Below, in pieces: positions 18,961 through 27,212 of a DNA stretch of 64,000 nt. Position 1 is the stretch's first letter. Every line of letters begins with the position of its first letter. The notes under the pieces are model-generated. The model worked only from the letters and a program-made list of their open reading frames with translations, was not told the DNA's origin and ran no database searches. Made by a program: the position numbers and the translations under genes. Origin of the DNA: an uncultured Solibacteraceae bacterium (GTDB lineage Bacteria > Acidobacteriota > Vicinamibacteria > Vicinamibacterales > SCN-69-37); NCBI GenBank assembly GCA_964423815.1, contig CAYRGW010000014.1:505-64504 (forward strand), written 5' to 3'.

Positions 18961-21203
18961 TACCGTTGCCCTCCCGATGTCTGTGGCGCAGTGATGAGCG
19001 GCGTGGCGGAGAACGGTGCCTGCGTCTGGACCCGTTTCCACTTGATGTCGGTGCCGAGGCGTTGCAGGTACGCGGTGAGCGCAAGGATTTCCTTGTCGGC
19101 CAGGCCCTGGGGACCCTGCTGCGCTTCCACTTCAGCGGCAATCGCGCCCGCCTGTGCGTGCATGGTGGCGACCGCGTTTTCGATCTCGCCGTCGGTGTAG
19201 GGCGCGCCGAGGGTGCGCAGGACCGACATCTTGCTCTGGATCAAGCTTGTGTCAAACGCATCCCGGAGCAGATGTGGATACCGCGGCATGATCGATCCCG
19301 GCGTTGTGGAATCGGGCCGGTCCATGTGACGCACGTGCCACAGCGACGGGTATTTGCCGCCGACTCTGTGCAGGTCCGGTCCCGTGCGTTTCGAGCCCCA
19401 CTGGAACGGGCGGTCGTAGACGTATTCGCCGGCCTTCGAATATTCGCCGTAACGTTCGGTCTCGTAGCGGAAGGGGCGAACCAGCTGCGAGTGGCAGTTG
19501 TAACAACCTTCGCGCACGTAGATGTCGCGACCCACAACCTCGAGCGGTGTGTACGGCTTGACGCTTGCGATCTCCTTCACGTTCGACTTGTTGAAAAACA
19601 TCGGCAACGCTTCAACCAGTGACCCGACCGCCAGGGCCAGGACGGTCAACACCGTGAACGTCACCGTGCGGCGTTCGAGCACACGGTGGAAGCCGTGACG
19701 GGTCGCATGCTGGAAACGGTAGAGCGCGTAGTCGTAGGTGTTGGCCGGCGTCACCGCACCAGGCGCGGCATCGTCATTCACACGAGGCGGTACCTGGATC
19801 TCTGGTTCGACGGCGAAGTCTGCCGGCGCAGTCTTGATGGTCTTGTAGATGTTCCAGCACATCATCAGGAGGCCGGTGAAGAACAGGAGCCCGCCGCCCA
19901 GTCGCACCCAGTACATCGGCACGATGCGGACGACGGTTTCGATGAAGTCGGGGTAGGTCAGCCGGCCGTCGGGTTCAAACGCGCGCCACATCGCCCACTG
20001 GGTGATGCCGGCCACCCACATGGACACCTGGTAGGCGATCAGGCCGATGGTGGACGTCCAGAAGTGTGCCGTCGCCAGCCGGACGGAGTAGAGATTGGTC
20101 TTCCAGAGTCGCGGGATCGCCCAGTAGAGAATCGCGAAGGAGAGGAACGCGTTCCAGCCGAGGGCACCGGCGTGTACGTGACCGATGGTCCAGTCGGTGA
20201 AGTGGGAGACGGCGTTGACCGACTTGATCGACATCATCGGCCCTTCGAAGGTCGACATGCCGTAGTAGGTGATGGCCACCACCATGAATTTGAGGATCGG
20301 GTCCTCGCGCAGTTTGTGCCAGGCGCCGCGCAGGGTGAAGAAGCCGTTCACCATGCCGCCCCATGACGGCATCCACAGGACGAGCGAGAACAACATGCCG
20401 AGGGTGGACGCCCACTCGGGGATGGCGGAGTAGTGCAGGTGGTGCGGACCCGCCCAGATGTACACAAAGACCAGCGACCAGAAGTGCATGATCGAGAGCC
20501 GGTAGCTGAAGACCGGACGGTCGGCGGCTTTGGGCAGGTAGTAATACATCAGGCCCAGGAAGGGCGTGGTCAGGAAGAACGCGACGGCGTTGTGGCCGTA
20601 CCACCACTGCATCAGCGCGTCTTTGACGCCGGAGTAGGCGGAGTAGCTGCCCAGCCACGAATACGGCAGCACCATGCTGTTGCCGATGTGCAGGATGGCG
20701 ACCGCGACGATCGTCGCGATGTAGAACCAGATGGCGACGTAGAGATGTTGTTCGCGGCGAATGGCGATGGTGCCGAAGAAGTTGATGCCAAACGTCACCC
20801 AGAGCACCGCGATGACGATGTCGAGGATCCAGGGAAGTTCGGCGTATTCCTTGCCCTGGGTGTTGCCCGTGACCAGCGCGAGGGCGGCGGCGACGATCAG
20901 GAGTTGCCAGCCCCAGAAGTGGAAGGCGGACAACTTGTCGCTGAAGAGGCGTGTCTTCAGCAGGCGCTGCATCGAATGGTAGGTGCCGGCAAAGATGATG
21001 TTGCCGCAGAAGGCGAAGATGACTGCGTTGGTGTGGAGCGGACGCAGCCGACCGAACGTCAGATATGGCGCGAAGTTCAGGTCGGGAATAAAGAGCATCG
21101 CGGCGATGAGCACGCCCACGAGCATGCCGACCACGGCCCAGACCACCGCCGCGAGGAAAAAGAGTCGCGGCGTCTTGTCGTCGTAACGGACTGTCTCGCC
21201 CAT
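18960..21203 (-). CDS. ccoNO: Fused cbb3 oxidase subunits CcoN-CcoO
   Basis: 747 aa. The N-terminal two-thirds is a polytopic heme-copper oxidase (HTNAVIF, WGWQ, HFWSLVFVYIWAGPHHLHY, HVHAGALGW). The C-terminal third carries a TM plus monoheme CYNCHSQLVRPF, typical of CcoO. Trimmed to ATG 21203 (MGETVRYDDK...). Confidence 0.9.
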   Translation of the reverse strand: MGETVRYDDKTPRLFFLAAVVWAVVGMLVGVLIAAMLFIPDLNFAPYLTFGRLRPLHTNAVIFAFCGNIIFAGTYHSMQRLLKTRLFSDKLSAFHFWGWQLLIVAAALALVTGNTQGKEYAELPWILDIVIAVLWVTFGINFFGTIAIRREQHLYVAIWFYIATIVAVAILHIGNSMVLPYSWLGSYSAYSGVKDALMQWWYGHNAVAFFLTTPFLGLMYYYLPKAADRPVFSYRLSIMHFWSLVFVYIWAGPHHLHYSAIPEWASTLGMLFSLVLWMPSWGGMVNGFFTLRGAWHKLREDPILKFMVVAITYYGMSTFEGPMMSIKSVNAVSHFTDWTIGHVHAGALGWNAFLSFAILYWAIPRLWKTNLYSVRLATAHFWTSTIGLIAYQVSMWVAGITQWAMWRAFEPDGRLTYPDFIETVVRIVPMYWVRLGGGLLFFTGLLMMCWNIYKTIKTAPADFAVEPEIQVPPRVNDDAAPGAVTPANTYDYALYRFQHATRHGFHRVLERRTVTFTVLTVLALAVGSLVEALPMFFNKSNVKEIASVKPYTPLEVVGRDIYVREGCYNCHSQLVRPFRYETERYGEYSKAGEYVYDRPFQWGSKRTGPDLHRVGGKYPSLWHVRHMDRPDSTTPGSIMPRYPHLLRDAFDTSLIQSKMSVLRTLGAPYTDGEIENAVATMHAQAGAIAAEVEAQQGPQGLADKEILALTAYLQRLGTDIKWKRVQTQAPFSATPLITAPQTSGGQR

Positions 21204-21379
21204 TGCCTCACCTTGTCTGCAAGCGGCGCCACGCCGGATACGTTCCAGGGCCACAGGCACACGAGAGGCAACGTCCCGACGGCACTAAGCGGCGCACTCC
21301 TGCGGCGCACGCTTACGCTCGTCGGGGCCGTACATAGCAATCGCCATTCCACCGACGCGGCTATTGATTTTGTTGAGTG

Positions 21380-21400
21380 TTTTCGCACTTTTTGCGAAAA
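21380..21400. promoter_or_regulatory. 8-bp perfect inverted repeat TTTTCGCA-N5-TGCGAAAA between the receptor-gene stop and ccoNO
   Basis: Read directly from the sequence. It is the only AT-rich patch in the 263-bp gap upstream of the 16-kb cco-act array. It could be an operator, or a weak terminator for the upstream gene. Confidence 0.2.
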
Positions 21401-21466
21401 GGCACACCTGCCGCCGGGGAAAATTCCGCGGTCAGGGAAATGTCCCGCGAGGGGAAAAGCAGGGCG

Positions 21467-24400
21467 TCAGAACGAAATTCTGACGCCGAGCTGCCCCTGC
21501 CGGCCCGACGTGATCGTCGTGCGGATCTGCCCGAAGGACGAGAGCACGGGTTCGTTGTTGGTGGTGCCGGAGAAGGCGACCAGCGACGGGGGGCCGAAGT
21601 TGGCGCGGTTGAAGAGGTTGAACACTTCCGCGCGCAGTTCGAGCGTGCCGCGTCCCATCGACAACCGGCTGAGCCCGAACGTCTTGCTCACCGCCAGGTC
21701 CATCGTCTTCAGGTCCGGGCCGATGAGTTCGTTGCGGCCGACGTTGCCGAAGGTGCCGATCGGCTGCAGCACAAACGCCGCCGGGTCGAACCACTGGGCG
21801 GGGTCGCCGGTCACCGCGTTGTCCTTGTTGTAGCCGGGCGCGTAACTCGGACGGTCGGGACCGGTGCCGGGGCCAAGAGACGGCGACCACAGGGACCGCG
21901 ACCGGTTGGTCTGCACAAACGGCGTGATCGGGCTGCCACTGCGCATCCGATAGATACCCGACACACGCCAGCCGGCAAACGGCTCCCACACAAAGTTGGT
22001 CACCCAGTTGTGCTTCGCGTGGAAGTCCGAATACCCCTTGTTGTAGTCGGGGATGAACTCGGGCATCGCCGAGGTGGTAGCGGTCGTTGAGTCCGAGAAA
22101 AACGTCGAATTCTGCGTGGTGTCCTCCGACTCGGACCACGTGTACGACGACTGCACCTGCAGCCCGTTGCTCCAGCGCTTCTTCACCTCAACGATGAGCG
22201 CCTTGTACCAGGAGTCGCCATCACTCGACTTCAACTCGATCGCTGAATACCGGGTGTTGGGCCGCGTGAGGCCGGCCGGGTAAAACAGCGTCCCGTCCGA
22301 CAACGTCGTCGGCGTCGGCACGTTCACGTCGGAGTTGCGCCAGAGGTGCTGTCCGCGCGAACCCGCGTACCCAAGCATCACCATCCAGTCGGTGAAAAAC
22401 TCCTGCTGCACGTTGACGTTCCACATGTGGACACGCGGCAACTCGACGTCGTACTGAATCGGCCGAATCGAGATGCCCGAGAGGCGCTCAAACTGCGGTA
22501 CGGGGAACGACGGCGCACCAATCACGACACGCGGGGTGGCGGGCGGATTGGTGACCGTGACGATCAGATTCTGGTGATTGTTGGTGTTGTAGTAGATCCC
22601 GTACCCACCACGCACCGACGTGCGGCCATCGGCCCGCACATTCCACACGGCACCCACACGCGGCGAGATCGTCGGCGCCGGGTTGTCGTACAGCAGACCG
22701 ACCTCAGGCACACCACGAAGGTCGCGCATGTTGATGTCGCGGTTGCCCTCGTCCTTCGGCATCGTGGACCCTTCCACGCGCACACCGAGATTCAGGGTGA
22801 GGTTGGGTCGCACCTGCCAGTCGTCCTGCACATACGCGCCAAACACCGTGAACGGCCACTTGCGCGTGAAGTCCCCCTGCGGCGTGAGGCCAATAAACGT
22901 CGCGGGTGTGTTGCGGAGGAACGCCGCGATGTTGGCGAATCGGAATACACCGAGGCTGAATGTCGGGTTCGACTCGCTGGACACGTAGTGCTCGGCGACC
23001 GCGCCCACCTTGAACAGGTGCTGACCACGCGTGTGTGTCAGGTCGTAATTGAGGCTCAGCACATCCTGGCGAAGACGCAGTCCTGCGGAGAGCTGCGGAC
23101 CAAACCGCGGCATGCCGCCAATGTCGATGGCGCCGGTGAACTCACGGCCCGGCGCAAACACCGGCAACGCGTTGGTGGTGTTGGCCTCGATGTCCTGCCC
23201 AACACGTGTGCGGCTGTAACCCGCGCGCAACGTGTGGAAGATCGATGGCGTCACGGCCTGCCGGTATTCCGCGGTCACGAACTGATTGGTCGAGATGAAT
23301 GATCGCGGGAACTGCGGAAAGTCCGTCGGCAGTCTCTGCTCGGCGTCGTCAAACGTGTAACGCGCAAACATCTGCGCGCCGTTGGCAAACACCGCGTCCA
23401 CACGTCCCTGCAGGAAGTGCTGCGTCAACTTCTGATCAAACGGGAAGGTGTACCGCGCGAGCCCACCGCCGAGGTTGTCCCCATTGGCGCGCGGGAACTC
23501 GTTCAGGAACGGCACCACGGCGGGATTCACCGTGATGGGTGCCACACCGGGCAGAATCCCCAGCCGCGCATTGTCGTCGGGGACCGTGGTGACGATGGTG
23601 CGGCCGAGGGATTCGAGGAGGGCCTCGTAGCCGCCGAAGAAGAAGAGACGATCACGGCGGATGGGACCACCGATGGTGCCGCCGAACTGGTTGCGCTTGA
23701 AGTCGGGTTTGTCGCCGACGTCGAAGTAGTTCTTCGCGTCAAACGCGTCGTTGCGGTGGAATTCGAATGCGCTGCCCGAGAAACGGTTGGTGCCGGACTT
23801 GGTGATGGCGTTGATCTGGCCACCGATGTTGCGGCCAAACTCCGCGCGATAGGTGTTGGACTCGAGCCGGAACTCCTTCACGGTGTCCATGCCGAGCGCG
23901 GTGCCCGCGGCTGAGCCTGCGGGACTGTTGGTGAAGTCGTTGAGCAACGTGCCGTCGAGCAGATACACGTTCGCGCGCGGGTCCTGACCGTTGACGCTCA
24001 TCGCGAGCCCGTGCGCCACGACCGAACCGTTGTCGCGATGCGGGAATGGTGTCACCGCAGGCAGCAGCGACATCAGGTCCGTGTAGTTGCGACCGTTGAC
24101 GGGAATCTGCGCGATCGTGCGCTGGTCCACGAGGTAACTGAGCTCCGACGACCGGGTGTTCACCTGAGAGGCGGCGGCGGTGACCGTCACGGCCTCAGTC
24201 GCGCCCACGGACATCGTTAATGTGAGCGACGCATTTTCGCCAACGGTGAGTGAGATGCCGGTGCGCACGAGTGTGCGGAAACCGGACAACTCCGAGCGAA
24301 CCTCGTAGGCGCCTGCCTGCAAATTGCCGAGCGCAAATCGTCCGTCCTGGCCAGTGGTGGCCTGCCGGCTCGCCCCTGTGTCGGTGTGGCGCGCGGTGAC

Positions 24401-24535
24401 CAGCACACCTGGGAGCACACCACCGGATCCATCCTGCACCACGCCGGAGAGGGTGGCGCCGGTCTGTGCGGCTGCGGGGAGTGAGATCACGAGACAGAGC
24501 AACGCCAGAGAGACGACGCGGAACATGACACGCAT
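21467..24535 (-). CDS. TonB-dependent-receptor-like outer-membrane protein with N-terminal CarboxypepD_reg domain
   Basis: Signal peptide MRVMFRVVSLALLCLVISLPAAAQ. Then GATLSGVVQDGSGGVLPGVLVTARHTDTG...DGRFALGNLQAGAYEV (carboxypeptidase-regulatory-like fold), a long beta-rich body and a C-terminal ...LGVRISF. Trimmed from 21467-24787 to ATG 24535. Confidence 0.85.
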   Translation of the reverse strand: MRVMFRVVSLALLCLVISLPAAAQTGATLSGVVQDGSGGVLPGVLVTARHTDTGASRQATTGQDGRFALGNLQAGAYEVRSELSGFRTLVRTGISLTVGENASLTLTMSVGATEAVTVTAAASQVNTRSSELSYLVDQRTIAQIPVNGRNYTDLMSLLPAVTPFPHRDNGSVVAHGLAMSVNGQDPRANVYLLDGTLLNDFTNSPAGSAAGTALGMDTVKEFRLESNTYRAEFGRNIGGQINAITKSGTNRFSGSAFEFHRNDAFDAKNYFDVGDKPDFKRNQFGGTIGGPIRRDRLFFFGGYEALLESLGRTIVTTVPDDNARLGILPGVAPITVNPAVVPFLNEFPRANGDNLGGGLARYTFPFDQKLTQHFLQGRVDAVFANGAQMFARYTFDDAEQRLPTDFPQFPRSFISTNQFVTAEYRQAVTPSIFHTLRAGYSRTRVGQDIEANTTNALPVFAPGREFTGAIDIGGMPRFGPQLSAGLRLRQDVLSLNYDLTHTRGQHLFKVGAVAEHYVSSESNPTFSLGVFRFANIAAFLRNTPATFIGLTPQGDFTRKWPFTVFGAYVQDDWQVRPNLTLNLGVRVEGSTMPKDEGNRDINMRDLRGVPEVGLLYDNPAPTISPRVGAVWNVRADGRTSVRGGYGIYYNTNNHQNLIVTVTNPPATPRVVIGAPSFPVPQFERLSGISIRPIQYDVELPRVHMWNVNVQQEFFTDWMVMLGYAGSRGQHLWRNSDVNVPTPTTLSDGTLFYPAGLTRPNTRYSAIELKSSDGDSWYKALIVEVKKRWSNGLQVQSSYTWSESEDTTQNSTFFSDSTTATTSAMPEFIPDYNKGYSDFHAKHNWVTNFVWEPFAGWRVSGIYRMRSGSPITPFVQTNRSRSLWSPSLGPGTGPDRPSYAPGYNKDNAVTGDPAQWFDPAAFVLQPIGTFGNVGRNELIGPDLKTMDLAVSKTFGLSRLSMGRGTLELRAEVFNLFNRANFGPPSLVAFSGTTNNEPVLSSFGQIRTTITSGRQGQLGVRISF

Positions 24536-24556
24536 GTGACAAGTATAGTAGCCACC

Positions 24557-24958
24557 GTGACCACCGACTTCATCTATCGCCGCCGTGTGCAGTTTGCCGA
24601 AACAGACATGGCCGGCATCGTGCACTTCTCCATGTATTTCCGGTACATGGAGGAGGCCGAACACGCGTTGTGGCGCTCGGTCGGCCTGCAGATCGCGCCG
24701 CCGGATGGCACGGTGGGTTTTCCCCGCGTGGCCGCGTCGTGTGACTTCAAAGCCCCCCTGCGATTCGAGGAAGAGTTTGAAGTTCATGTCCGTGTGGAAG
24801 CGGTGGGGCGCCGATCGCTCAAATACGGGTTCACACTCCGGCGCGGCGACGACATCCTGGCCACCGGTTCGATGACATCGGTCAGTGTGGAGAGGGTGCC
24901 CGAGGGCGGTGTCCGGTCCGTGGAGCTGCCCGCAGACGTTGTTACGCGTTTGCGCTAA
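24557..24958 (+). CDS. Hotdog-fold acyl-CoA thioesterase (4HBT/YbgC-like)
   Basis: RRRVQFAETDMAGIVHFSMYFRYMEEAEHALWRSVG is the typical YbgC/4HBT N-terminal catalytic region. The track start GTG 24536 abuts the divergent gene's ATG, so I prefer the in-frame GTG at 24557. The start remains uncertain. Confidence 0.8.
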   Translation: MTTDFIYRRRVQFAETDMAGIVHFSMYFRYMEEAEHALWRSVGLQIAPPDGTVGFPRVAASCDFKAPLRFEEEFEVHVRVEAVGRRSLKYGFTLRRGDDILATGSMTSVSVERVPEGGVRSVELPADVVTRLR

Positions 24959-24971
24959 GCTTGCAGCCGCA

Positions 24972-25442
24972 GTGACCGTTTCCGACTACTTCATCATCAG
25001 CAACGCCGTGGTGCTGCCGGGCTGGATCCTGCTGGCCGTGCTCCCTGCGTGGAAGTGGACCCGCATCCTGGCCGCGTACGTGATCCCCGGCGGCCTGTCC
25101 CTGCTGTATCTCGCCCTGATGGTCGGTGATGTCGGTGCATTCTCCGGGGGATTTACGTCCATCGATGCCGTCAGGCAGATGTTCCAGAACGAATGGCTGC
25201 TGCTGGCGGGCTGGGTCCACTACCTCGCGTTTGATTTGTTTGTCGGCGCGTGGGAAGTGCGCGATGCCCAGCGCCTCGAGGTGCCGCATCCCTTTGTGAT
25301 TCCCTGCCTCGGTCTGACATTTCTCGTCGGCCCCATCGGCCTCGCCGCCTACTTCGTCGTCCGAGCCGCCGTCGTGCGGAAACTGCCGGGCATGGAACCG
25401 CCGACTTCCCATCGCACCCCTCGCAGCCGCTCCGTGCAATAA
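24972..25442 (+). CDS. DUF4281 (ABA4-like) membrane protein
   Basis: Motif WVHYLAFDLFVGAW and four hydrophobic segments. Start trimmed to GTG 24972, just after the thioesterase stop. Confidence 0.7.
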   Translation: MTVSDYFIISNAVVLPGWILLAVLPAWKWTRILAAYVIPGGLSLLYLALMVGDVGAFSGGFTSIDAVRQMFQNEWLLLAGWVHYLAFDLFVGAWEVRDAQRLEVPHPFVIPCLGLTFLVGPIGLAAYFVVRAAVVRKLPGMEPPTSHRTPRSRSVQ

Positions 25443-25451
25443 TCCGCGGCC

Positions 25452-25982
25452 ATGTCCCACATTGTTCGACCCCTGGTGGTGGCGTTGGTCGCCACCATCG
25501 GCGACTACATCTGGTTTGAATACGGGGTCCGTCACACCACTCTCGCCGGCGTCGTGCATGGCGCGGCACTCCTGCTCGCCGTGGGGCTCGTGCTCGGTCA
25601 CGCCGCGGGCGCGATTGCGCGAGGATCACTCGGCGGCATCGTTGCCGGTGTCCTGGGTGCCGGAGCGTTCTACGCGGTGGCAGGTACGCTGGGTTATCTC
25701 GGTGGCCTCATCGCCGCGTGGGCGTTCATGTGGATCGTTCTCGCCGCCATCAACGCCTGGCTGCTCGGTCGCGCGGGGCACGTGGGCGAGTGGCTCGTGC
25801 GCGGAGTCGTCGCCGCCATCGCCAGCGGAGCGGCGTTTTATCTGGTGTCCGGCATCTGGACCGACCACGCCCCTGAAGGCGGTCGCAACTACGTGTGGCA
25901 TCTCGTCGCGTGGACCATTGCGTGGGCTCCTGGGCTTCTCGCATTGACGCTCTCTGTGAGGGATGGGGAGATGAGGGGATGA
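25452..25982 (+). CDS. Hypothetical polytopic membrane protein
   Basis: 176 aa, Gly/Ala/Leu-rich, with about 5 hydrophobic segments. I recognise no motif. Confidence 0.5.
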   Translation: MSHIVRPLVVALVATIGDYIWFEYGVRHTTLAGVVHGAALLLAVGLVLGHAAGAIARGSLGGIVAGVLGAGAFYAVAGTLGYLGGLIAAWAFMWIVLAAINAWLLGRAGHVGEWLVRGVVAAIASGAAFYLVSGIWTDHAPEGGRNYVWHLVAWTIAWAPGLLALTLSVRDGEMRG

Positions 25983-27118
25983 GGGGATGGGGCATCGGCG
26001 TGACGGCGATGGGGGCGCTGGCGCTGGCGTTGTCGGCGCAGGCTCCGGCCCCACAACAGGGCGCTTCACTTCAGCAACGGCTTGACCAGCTCGTCGCGCA
26101 GTGGCAGCCGGCGTCGGGTGCGCCTGGTGTGTCTGTTGGGCTGGTGACCAGGGACGGCACCGTGTACTCGGCCACGGCAGGAGTGGCTGATCGCACCGCA
26201 CAAACGCCGTTGAAGGCCGACGACCTCATGCTTGCCGGCAGCACGGGCAAGACCTTTTTTGCGGCACTCGCCGTCCAGTTGATCGAGGCCAAACGGCTTG
26301 GTCTGGACGAAAAGGTCTCGACGTATCTCGGCACTCGACCCTGGTTCACGCGCCTTCCAAATGCCAACGCCATCACCGTGCGTCACCTGATGACACACAC
26401 GAGCGGCCTCGTGCGCTACGAGATGAACCCGACGTTCACCGCGGACCTTCGGGCGCAGCCTGATCGTGAGTGGAAGCCGGAAGACCAGCTCGCGTATCTG
26501 TTCGACACGAAAGCCGCGTTCCTGCCGGGCGAAGGCTGGGACTATTCCGACACCAACTACATCGTGCTCGCGATGGTGCTCGAACAGGTCACCGGCACAA
26601 GGGCCTACGATGAAATCACGCGCCGTTTCCTTGGCCCGCTGAAACTCACGCGCGTGGTGCCACAGACCGGTCGCGTCATTCCGGGTCTTGTCCAGGGTTA
26701 CGCAGGTCCCAAAGACCCGCTCGGTCTGCCCGACGAAGTGATCAGCGACGGAAAGTTTGTGATCAACCCGCAGTTTGAATGGGGCGGTGGAGGTTTTGCG
26801 ACGAGTGCGCGCGACCTCGCACGGTGGGGGCATGAACTCTACCTCGGACGTGCACTCTCTCCTGCGGCGCGGTCTCTCATGATCGATTCAGGTGTGCCTG
26901 CGCGACTGGGACCTCAAACGCAGTACGGCCTCGGCGTGATCATCCGCCCAACCACGCCGGTTGGTCCGGTGGTGGGCCACAGTGGATTTTTCCCAGGCTA
27001 CCTGACCGAGCTTGTGCACGCCACGAACTCGGGCGTGACGGTCGCGGTGCAGGTCAACACGTCGGCCGGCCGTAGCCCGCTCCGCCTTGCTTACGAGATT
27101 GCTTCGCTTGCGAAATGA
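25979..27118 (+). CDS. Secreted serine hydrolase (beta-lactamase/DD-peptidase family, class-C-like)
   Basis: Signal peptide MRGWGIGVTAMGALALALSAQA. SxxK motif (GSTGKTF), a YSD/TNY region, and HSG in place of KTG. Start trimmed to ATG 25979 (4-nt overlap with the previous gene). Confidence 0.8.
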   Translation: MRGWGIGVTAMGALALALSAQAPAPQQGASLQQRLDQLVAQWQPASGAPGVSVGLVTRDGTVYSATAGVADRTAQTPLKADDLMLAGSTGKTFFAALAVQLIEAKRLGLDEKVSTYLGTRPWFTRLPNANAITVRHLMTHTSGLVRYEMNPTFTADLRAQPDREWKPEDQLAYLFDTKAAFLPGEGWDYSDTNYIVLAMVLEQVTGTRAYDEITRRFLGPLKLTRVVPQTGRVIPGLVQGYAGPKDPLGLPDEVISDGKFVINPQFEWGGGGFATSARDLARWGHELYLGRALSPAARSLMIDSGVPARLGPQTQYGLGVIIRPTTPVGPVVGHSGFFPGYLTELVHATNSGVTVAVQVNTSAGRSPLRLAYEIASLAK

Positions 27119-27127
27119 GCCAATGGG

Positions 27128-27199
27128 CCGCTATGGCGTGGCTAAAGCCAACGCCCTACGAGGAGCAGGTCTTCGTAGGGCGAGACCTTTAGGTCCGCC
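27128..27199. repeat. Structured intergenic repeats 'Y' then 'X' (copy a)
   Basis: Y is CCGCTATGGCGTGGCTAAAGCCAACGCCCTACGAG (27128-27162). X is CGTAGGGCGAGACCTTTAGGTCCGCC (27174-27199). Both recur at 49588-49645 in the opposite order. They fill the gap between convergent genes. Confidence 0.75.
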
Positions 27200-27212
27200 G
27201 GTCTGGCTTGCC

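Noticed and set aside
21361-21376. FNR/CRP-like half-site TTGAT (in TTGATTTTGTTGAG) upstream of ccoNO.
   Set aside because: The second half is TTGAG rather than ATCAA, so there is no dyad symmetry. It is not a credible FNR box.
25961-25995. Short tandem repeat GATGAGGG GATGAGGG GATGGGG at the junction of two genes.
   Set aside because: There are only about 2.5 copies of an 8-mer. It simply encodes ...DGEMRG* and MRGWGIG... in overlapping frames, with no evidence of phase-variable function.
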